From contig NC_068981.1 in the NCBI RefSeq assembly GCF_001194135.2, positions 20,692,042-20,756,041 of the forward strand: a stretch of DNA of 64,000 nt, read 5' to 3'. The stretch's first letter is position 1, and the number at the start of each line of letters is the position of its first letter. The stretch is from Octopus bimaculoides (taxonomy: Eukaryota). Under the pieces are notes generated by a model. It ran no database searches and was not told the origin of the DNA. It was given only the letters and a program-made list of their open reading frames with translations. Positions 27,323-38,000 of this stretch are shown in pieces. Made by a program: the position numbers and the translations under genes.

Positions 27323-30300
27323 TGTATATATGTGTGTGTCTAGCATATCATATTTAATTTAACAAAGGAAAGGTTAACAGTGACTTAGGTTACCTTCATT
27401 AGAAAGTCTGGCAAAGGGAACTAAGGCAAAACTTCCAAGCCACAGTGTGAGTATGTAATACCATTACCATCATTTAATATGTGTTCCATGCTGGCATGAG
27501 TTGGACAATGCAACAGGATCTCACAAGTAAGAAGACTGCACTGAGCTCCAGCGTCTGCTCTGGCAGGATTTCTACAGTTGGATACCCTTCCTAATGCCAA
27601 CCACTTTACAGAGTGTAGTGGTTGCTATCTTTGCAGCACCAGCACTAGTGGGGTCACCCAGTAACTCACAAGACAAATCTCCTCAAATGAATGGAGGGTG
27701 CAGCATTGAGGTTATATCACTTTATGCCAAATGCTGAGAGGTTAAAACATGATGGAGGGACAGGAATAGGGGTCTTGCTGTAGAAGCTACATGGCTGCTC
27801 CAGCCAGAAGGGATGATGGATATGAGATATCAGAAGGTACCCTCAAGGTACAAGGTGATTATATGAGAGAATATGGACAGAAGATCAAGGATGGTTAGGT
27901 TCATGAGAGTGTGAAAGGAAAGTGGAGATGGTCAGAGATGTGAACACAGGTGGCGATGTGGTTAATGGTGAATCTCAGTTTGGGCAGAAGGGTAAAGATA
28001 AGAATGGGTCAAAAAGGGGTAGATGATAAGTGGCAGTATGTAAAGAGGGGTGGTGGAGTGCAACAGTAAATAAAACCATAAACAGATGAGAAATAAAGAC
28101 ATGTGAAATAGGGGAGTGAGAAAGGAGACAGTGAGAGAGACAAACATCAGAGGAATACTGAAGTGGATATAGTGACAAACAAAGGAGGTGGGTACCGATG
28201 GTAGATATGAGGAGGATGTTCAGGGGAAACAGGCATTCAGTGGAAAATAAAGTAGTAAGGCATGATACTGAAAATGTGAGATAGGTAACAAGAGAAGTGG
28301 TTCCAAGGAGGGATAACATGTAGCACAAAAAGAAGAATAAAAAATGTGTAGTTCTGCCATCATATAATTACAGCACTTGAGTAAATAGTGCCATAGTTAG
28401 AAGAGTGATAGAGGGATGAGTGTTAGGAAGATGGTTGTGAGGAAGACTTGACAGAGGAAGGTCTGGATGTGGGGCAAAGACAAAGGATATGCTATGCTTT
28501 TAGGATTTCAATTTTTTGCTGGGAAGTCTTCAAGCACAGTGAATCACCAATCATCTCAATCCTTTCTCATCTCCTCCATGAGGCTCAAGAACAGTGGTCA
28601 GTCTTCACTACTTCATCCCATATCTTCCTGGGTCTCCTTCTTTTACAGGTTCCATCCACATTTAATGATTGACACTCTCTTATGCAGCTGTCTGCATCTA
28701 TACACATCACATGAGCATACCAGTGCAGTCATTTTTCTTGCACACTGCATCTTCTGCCTAATTTTTCTCAACATATTTGCACTTTGTCATATGTGCACAT
28801 TGGTGTCACACATTCAACAGAGCATAGTAACTTCATTTCTTTCTAGTCTTCATATGTCCTATCCAATCACAACCCATGATTGTCTACCACATAGCATCAC
28901 TATTTGTACACAGGAATCATACAATTTGCCTTTCACTCTGAGAGAAAGAGAGGCCTTCTATTACCAACTTTCTCCAGCTGGTTCTTAATCTTGTAATTAT
29001 ACTTTTAGAACGTCCTCCTCTGTTGTTAATTAACAGAAATGTTCTGTTACCTCTAAGGATCCTTCTAGGCATTTAAGAAAATTTGTTTTTTGTGTGTTCT
29101 TAGTGTTTATTGCTCTTTGTGCATCTGCCACAAACAAAGTCTACTTTCTCTGTTAATCTTCCTGTGATTCCATTGTACCTCTTAATCATGCAGCCATGTC
29201 TGCAGCTCAAGTTCGCTTCACAATCACAACATCCAGAGTTCAATCCCAGTTGGCAGCACTTTTGGCAAGTGTTTTCTACCCTAGCCTGACTTTTAGCAAA
29301 ATATTGTGAATGAAATCGGGTGGAAAGAAATTGTATAAATGCTGTACTTGTAATTTAAAGGACCAGCCTCATCACACTGATCTTGTCATTATTTTCAAGG
29401 ATACAAGTGTGTGTGGAATAGTCAGTCATTTACACACTAAAACAAGTAGGTAGTTCAGTTGATCAAACAACAGGAACACTCAAAATGGAAACCAAAGGAA
29501 CCCACACACACACATTTTTATGTGCTTATGGGTATTTATAAGTGTTTGAATTTGTGTGCATAAAAGATGTGTATGAATCCACAAATCTATGTTCACACAC
29601 AAAGATGTGTGTATATAAACTTAAGCATAAGTATGCATTTATGAGTTTTTATATGCATATATTTGTATTATTTATGAGGATAATCAGAACATTTGTAGCA
29701 GAATTATTGAAGAGAGGTTTTCGTAACCTTCTTTTACTAACCACTCAACTGTGCAGATGGCAGTGGTTAACCTACTTTTAATAGATAGGTAAGAAATAAT
29801 GTCTTGACTATTTTATCTCTTATACAATACAATGGCTGTAGCAAGGTTGATCTGACATCTGACAGCTTATATTCCATCCTGGAGGACAACACAAAGAAAT
29901 ATATATCATCATCATCATCATCATCGTTTAACGTNNNNNNNNNNTATATGTACATACATATATATACATACACACACACACACACATACTTGTGAGAAAA
30001 ATTACATCGTTTAATATATTTTTCTTTTTTTATTGATTTCAGTCATTGATTGGACAGCAGCTATACCGAAGTAACACCTTTAATTTTTTTTTTTCTTTTT
30101 TTTTTTCATTACTTTCTAAATAATATCAAACCTAGTAGATATTTCAATCCGGTAATTATTTTATTGAGCTATTTATGATATAACCAAGTTAGCTTTTAGC
30201 ATAAAGGGATGCAATTAAAAGCAATGTTTCCCACCAGGCTAACCTCATGTATGAGGAACTTCTCTCAGTTTTTGTTTTCCAAATTTCACCCAGATATTGG

Positions 30301-32018
30301 TCAACATCAGGTTGACCAATAGAAGACACCTAAATTACTGTGCATTGGGACTGAACTTACTATCATCTAGTAACAAAGCAAGCTTTTGTAACTAACAGGA
30401 TATGTAATTCTTTTAGCACTGAATAGAGAAGGATATTGGAACTGGATTTTCAAGCATTAAATTAATTACTGAAAGTAAATAGGAATTAATTCTATAAAAG
30501 AAAATATTTCTAAACATATTCTAAAACAGGAAATTCAGTTCTAATAACTAAAGAATAGTTCTCTCTACACATGACTACATTCTCTATACTCTGCTACATT
30601 CACTAAACTTATTCTTATTCCTTTTCTTTTTTTAGCGTGTGTCTGTAATAAAGAAACAGAACTTCAGTACTGTATTACTGTTGTCAGCTAGCAGAATCGT
30701 TAACATGTTGAGCAAAACACTTAACATTTTGTTCATCTTTATGTTCTGAGTTCAAATTCTGCCAAGGTTGACTTTTTACCTTTCGTCCTTTCAGGGTCAA
30801 TCAAATAGTACCAATCAAACACTGGGGGTTGATGTAATCAACTAGCCACCCAACTGCCCTGAACTCGCTGGCCTTGTACCAAAATTTGAAACCATTGTTA
30901 TTGACACTGTAATAAGATACTATTGAGTTAACTTCACCTAACAATAGTACCATATGTACTACTTTGCCACATAATATGCAAGAATTCTCTAAAAGTATAA
31001 TCCTTGGCTGCAATTTACAATTGTTTAAAAGAATCATCATCCTTACCATTTTAACATCCACTTTTCCATGCTTGCATTGGTCGGATGATGAATACTGAGA
31101 CAGATTTTTCTACGTCTGGATGGCCTTCCTGTTGCCAACTTTCACCTGTTTCCAAGCAAGAGAATATTTCCCCAAAAGCAGACGTGTTTTTGCAGAATAC
31201 TGGAAATGAATGACACTGCTTGTATGACAGTGACTCATTTACAACTACCTTGTCACATTGACACAAACATACACACACTCACTCACATGTGTATACATGT
31301 GTGTGTGTATGTGTGTGTATATATATATATATATATACACACACACATATTCTTCACTCTTATCTGTTTCAGTCATATGACTGCAGCCATGCTGGAGCAC
31401 TGCCTTTAGTCGAACAACTCAACCCCAGGACTTATTCTTTGTAAGCCTAATACTTATTCTCTCTGTCTCTTTTGCCGAACCACTAAGTTACAGGGACATA
31501 AACACACCTGCATTGGTTGTCAAGTGATGGTCNNNNNNNNNNNNNNNNNNNNNNNNNNNNNNNNNNNNNNNNNNNNNNNNNNNNNNNNNNNNNNNNNNNN
31601 NNNNNNNNNNNNNNNNNNNNNNNNNNNNNNNNNNNNNNNNNNNNNNNNNNNNNNNNNNNNNNNNNNNNNNNNNNNNNNNNNNNNNNNNNNNNNNNNNNNN
31701 NNNNNNNNNNNNNNNNNNNNNNNNNNNNNNNNNNNNNNNNNNNNNNNNCACACAGCCACTCCTGCGCCTGTATGTATATATTAATGTTTGTTTTTATGTT
31801 CAGTTGTAATAAGACAATTCTACATCAATTTGATGGGTTACTCTATACTTTTGCAGAGTACAAGTTTATTATTCTTATACAAGAATGTTAACAGTAACTT
31901 CGAAGTGTTGCCCAGCTAAGCCATTGTTGGACTGCTCACATTTTCCCAGGCAAACAATGACTAGCTGGCCAAAGCTTCAAAGTCACTATCAACAACATTC
32001 TTGTATAAGAATAAAAAT

Positions 32019-32054
<36 letters not shown>

Positions 32055-35000
32055 GTATGTATGATAAGCTACTTTTAGCTTCTCTCTACCAAATCCACTC
32101 ACAAGGTCTTGGTTGGCCCAGGGCTACTGTAGAAGACATCCAAGGTGCCACATAGTTGAGAAGCAAACTTCTTAACTACACAGCCATGCCGGCACCAATT
32201 ATATATGTATTATACACACACACTCAATGTAAATTTATTTACACCTCCACAAACTTTTAATTAATACATATTGCCAGCAAACATATTGATATGCAAATGA
32301 GCAAAAGTAGGTCCCATTGTTTGTTGCAGTTTTCATAAATAGTTATAAGTTGGTGTCTGTCGCTTTCTTTTTTTTTCCTTCTCTCTCTCTCTCTCTGGGG
32401 CTAAAGAAATAAACATCTATGATGAGCTGGTAATGATCAGACAAAATTATCTGAGCTATTCTTCATTTCATCTTACAATGAGAGCCCTGTAGTTTAAGAC
32501 CTGGGTCTATTTGCAGAACATGGCTAAATATATCTTTATTAAATGTATACATGTAAATATATTTACAATTTATCTACAAGCAAGTTGTCACAAAGTCCAA
32601 ATGCCTGAATATGCCACCTCAGCTTTCCAAATGAAGAGATATGAATAGTGTTTTTAGTGTAGGAAAAACATTTGGGTAAACTGACTCTGTATTGGATTTG
32701 GGTTAATCAGAGACACCAAAATGAAATGGAGACATGATGTGGAATCCCCTTTCTGTGACCATGAAATAGACCAATCCAAGAGTCACATGCTGGTTTGTTC
32801 TTCATTGGATTCCTTTTTTTTAGTGGGGGGGGGGATGATTTGAGAGTACAAAGTATGAAGATTTCATTAAAATGTATAAAGATTTTATGCAGACATTAAA
32901 TAATGATCTAAGTTAATCTAGATGCTAACATCAAATCATAGACACTAAGTCATGATGATCTCACACACACACACACACGCAATTTTTTTTGTTTCCAGGA
33001 GTGCCTAAGAAATTCATTGACTCTCCTTGAATGGTCAAGTGGTTGTTGTGTATCTCCCTGTTCTAGCAGAATTCCAACTATGACTATGTTGTCTCTTTAT
33101 TTAGGTAGAGAATCTAAGATAACATTATCCAATGTATACTACCATTTTCAAAGAACATGAAAGTAAACTTATTTCTAACAACTCAAATTACCAGGTTTAT
33201 ACTCCCTTTTTTAGCTTGAATCTGGTTAAGTTGTTGCAGTTGATGTTTTCTTTGTGTTTGCGTAGATTGATATATGTAGGGAGAACAACCAAAGAGAGCT
33301 CTGACATATATTTATTTCATAGAGAGGTTGGCAAAGTGCCTGGAGTGGGGTTTGGGGGATTAGACAGTAGGGGTAGCAAAAATAAAATAGCTTTGCTCTT
33401 CTCATCAAGCAAGCTACATACTATAACCTCACAGTGTCTCTTCTCATTGAATCTCTACTGCATACTCACACACACTAAACACTTTACCCAATTCTTCTTG
33501 TCTGGAAGTGTTGCTCCCTGGAATTTCTTATTAGCTCACATTTTCCCAGTAGGTGTCAAACCTACATAACATCAAGCTGAACATCACCAATCTAGGCAGT
33601 GCTGTTTTAGCAGTACTACAGGCCTCCGGGCAAATCACTGTACTAGGCCCTATTAACATGACAATTATACATAGATCAGAACTGGGCCCCTAGACCTGTG
33701 AGGCACGATGGCAATTGCCTAGTGTGTCCATGCATTGAAACAGCACTGAGTCTCGGAAAGCCTTCTGAGTTTGTTGACTCTTCTCTTCCCATGACTAATT
33801 TTTCCCATGATTAATTAATAATAATGTCAGTTCAAAATGTAAAAGGGATTGTTGCAGAAGCAAAAAAGATAGAGAGTGGGTAGGCTGAGTGTATTGATTG
33901 TTGTTGTAGGTTGGATGGTGAAAGGTTGTTAATTAGACGTTTCTTTTACATAGTTTACAATGCCTGTGTTAGCAGCTGAAACACAGCTATGGGTGATTAA
34001 GCAGACCCAAATGAAGAGATTACCTGTGCCTTTAGTACAGTCAAAGTAGTTTATGGTCATAGAGAGACGGTCTAGCCAACGAGTTCTGTTACAAATATGG
34101 TCACTATAAGAGATCAGTTATTGTAAGGCCTACGATATGTAAAGTTTGTAAAGGGTTTAGTGATGCATTGAGAGGATATATACAATACTGAATATTTCTT
34201 TGAAATGTGTAATACTAACTGTGCTTTAATACAGATTATGGTAACCAGAATATCATGTCTCTACTGAAGGTTGCTTTTTATCATGAAAGCAATGTACATA
34301 TGGCTTACGTGTAGGTTATATTTAAATAATGTATACAAAAGGTTATCGATACGTGAGGAGTGTATTTGATGGCAGCAACAGTAAGTCGTTTTTATGAAGA
34401 AACTAGAATGTGTGGAAACTAGAAGAAACTAGAATGTGGAAGAATAACTGAATTTAGAGTCCACCAATGTTAGAAGTACAGAAGTCAGAGACGTGCCGAG
34501 ATGGAATGGCCCGAAGACATAAATGAAGCACGAGCAGGCAATTTTGCAAAGTTTCTCATACCTAAACACATCAAAGGTTTGTTTGATATATAAGGTAAAT
34601 GTATAAATATCCATGTCATATATATATATGAAACAAGGATAGTATTATTTGATTTGATATCTTAATATCTGGTATTTTTCTTTTTTCTTTTTTTCTTTGT
34701 AACATAGATTTCTTGTTTCGTCGCCTGTACAAGAATCTGGTAATCACTACTATAGCAGAGGTAAAGAATATGCACACCACTCGTTTTCGGCGTAACCCTA
34801 ACCCTAAACGCTGGGTGTGCCTATTCTTTACCCTCGCCCACTCCTATATTGGATTAAACAATATTTATGCATATGTTCAAGTCTTTCGATCGATTGCATC
34901 AGCAAAGTGTAAACATCAGTGAGAAAAACCATGAAGCGGTGCCTTCGAACAAAACCACCTTGAAGTATTTGTTCCGCTCGAGTTGCACGAAAGGCTCCCT

Positions 35001-38000
35001 TGTTACTATCGCCACTAAAAACTGAACTAGAGGGGATATCCCTTTTGAAACCTGTAACCAGTGACGCTACTGTTCACAAAACATGAAGATATAAACTTTG
35101 AATAAAAATAAACCATTTCTTCTTTGTTTAATGATGGTTATAAAAGATAGAATGATACTAAAGATAAACCAATAAGAGTCAAGGAGAGTCCCTTGTTCAT
35201 TTTTCGATACGGATTTAACGGCAATTTGGTAGATTTGATGGTGATATTGAATGAATATATAATAAATAACATAAGTAAAAAGTTTCTTGAGTTCGTTTAA
35301 CAGAGGTTAAGAAACCGTTACTCTCTCCACTCCAGTAATACAACAAAAGTTACCAACCACTGGTATAACAAAAGGTTACCACAAACTATCAATCTCTATC
35401 CACACTAGTAAAGCATCAGAGATAATTAGAAATCCTACTAATATAACTGAAAATGTCACAAAATCCTATTCTATCCACTCTGATAACAAAGGTCACTAAA
35501 AACCCTTTTTCACCAACTCCAGCAATACGAATTGTATATACCGTTAGTCTATGTTCCTCGATATTACAACAATGATTACCACAAACGAATGGCATATTTA
35601 CGCCAGTAATCTGCATACCTTGCATTTAAACCCATTGAATAACACAAGAAGTTACCACAAAAATAAACAATCTATCCACCCCAGTAATGCAACAAGAGGT
35701 TATCTCAAATCACAGGTGTCTATCCTACACAAACTATACCTACCTCAATAATAGAACAAATGTTATTATAAACCACTGGTGTATATTACTACTACAAATC
35801 ATACCCAATCTATCCACCCCAGTAATACAGCAAAGGTTACCATATACTATTTATTAGTCTATATATACACCTCCATGATACAAATATTATCTACAAACAA
35901 ACTAGTATATGAAACAATGATTCATAAACCATTAGTCAGTTGACTCGAGTAACGCAACAAAGATTACTACTACAAATCATACCCAGTCCATCCACCTTAG
36001 TAATTACAGCAAAGATTACAACATACCACAAGTCTACACACCTCAATAAACGTTATCACAAACCACTAAAACAGCCACCCAATAATACAACAGAGGTTAC
36101 TACCACAAACTCTAATGCTTCTCCATCCTAGTATTATTACAGTAGCGGTAAAGACAATCTCTATCCACCTCAATGATACAAGAAATTGCCACAAATCATC
36201 AATATCAAATATGAAAGGATTCAACTATACTGAGAACAACCAAATCAAACACTCAGTCATGGTCCAATGATAAAAGACTTACTGAAACTATAATTAATGG
36301 ATTGTTCAGCTGCGAGCTAAATTTTCTGTAAGAGTGGATAAATCATCAACAATAACTGCTATTGCAAAATACTATATATACTTAATTGTTGACTGAAACT
36401 ACCTGATAACAGCACCTTCGTTTAATCTCCAACCAGCCTTTTTCTTTTTTTTAAATCATTAATATAACCCAGCCCACACTATTTTGTCTATATAACGATT
36501 ATAAACACAGAATCGACTTGAATTAAAAGTGTTCCCCTGTCTTAAAAAAAAAAGAGGGAGTAAAGTTAAAAAAAAAAACGGATTGATTAAATCAAAACAA
36601 GTGAGAGGACAAGAGAAAACATAAAAATGCTGCAGGCTAAAAGTAATTATCGATCCTTTTACAAACACAGCTGCTGATTAAAGGAGTACTGCCACCCACA
36701 TCTACCAGACATTTATTGCTTTCCTTGATGGTGGTAAAATGAAAATACACAAGAGATTTCTTATCTAATGCCCCACTGTCATATAACTCATTCATTTAAN
36801 NNNNNNNNNATGCTGCAGGCTAAAAGTAATTATCGATCCTTTTACAAACACAGCTGCTGATTAAAGGAGTACTGCCACCCACATCTACCAGACATTTATT
36901 GCTTTCCTTGATGGTGGTAAAATGAAAATACACAAGAGATTTCTTATCTAATGCCCCACTGTCATATAACTCATTCATTTAATAATAAAAAAGGGTGGTT
37001 GGGGGGGGGGACAAAAGGAAGTCTTGCCAATCGAAATTCGGAAATATTCCATATATTTTCTAAAAATTTAACTTTGGTGAATTAAGATAGAACTCAGTGG
37101 AACATTGACCTCGAGGCAAACATAACATGCTCCCTAAAGAAATATGCAGAGCACAGTATTATACAGTGCTCTGTATGTTTCATCCATCACCACTACTACC
37201 AGCTTAATGTGAGTTCACAGTTTAATCTTCTCCGTTAGATAAACATATCTCTTCAAGCCCTTCTCTTACCATTTCTATTCCATCAATGATTTCTACAGCC
37301 TCCTCCACCATCAGCACTGTTGGCGCTCACAGGTTAAGCTGTTTAGAATAACAACAATACAAGCGAGGAATGATAGCACAGCAGAAAATGTCAACAATAG
37401 TCAGGGAATTCAGCAGGGAAATGTTAAGAGGAAAGAGAGCTACATCATTATTAACAATAATTATAGCCAACAACTGGCCATCGAGTTGAGGGAAACTTAC
37501 ATGGATCTATAAACCTATGTTGGCGGCGAACGAAACATGCTTGGGGTCGAATGTGTCAGGGAAGTTTAATAAAAGTGAAAACTGAGTATATTTAGTGTAA
37601 CAGTGTGGTAGGAAGATAGGAGACTTCGAAAAAAACAAAAATGTCCAAACTGTGGAACTAGTTTCAATAATATTTATCTTCCGTTTGTTAAAAAAAAAAA
37701 AACTTGCCGCAATGTTATGGTGAATTATATTGATAGACGTTACTAAAGTGCGATGCTCGGGCGAATTCAAACTATTAAACCATATAAGACATGGATAGAT
37801 GTATTATATACAATGTAAGAGAAAGTATTAGAAGTAACCGAGATATAAAACAAAAATTCTATATTTCATAAAAAAATATTATTAACAGTAGTCTTCAGAA
37901 ATTTAGAGGGGCAGATGTTATTGGGAGGAACAGTAAATATAGTTGAATGTACTGAGTGAATGAGATATCTAAACATTTACACAGAAAAATAGGTGACACG

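Noticed and set aside
28467-28988. 173-aa plus-strand ORF
   Set aside because: Antisense shadow of a decayed RTE ORF
31488-31891. ORFs spanning N runs (also 56782-57111, 58851-59048, 59559-60307)
   Set aside because: Open only because gaps contain no stop codons
33132-33569. 145-aa ORF with IYVGRT (GIY-YIG-like?)
   Set aside because: Only a short motif resemblance, no upstream GIY or conserved Arg/Glu pattern recognisable; a profile search would be needed
34344-34351. DRE-like TATCGATA promoter motif
   Set aside because: The same 8-mer occurs outside the island (about 9511 and 42641), so it is not discriminating
34793-34807. Interstitial telomere (TAACCC)n
   Set aside because: Only about two units; too short to call
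36627-36982. Exact 173-bp tandem duplication
   Set aside because: The two identical copies directly flank a 10-N gap; typical unmerged contig overlap, so an assembly artefact
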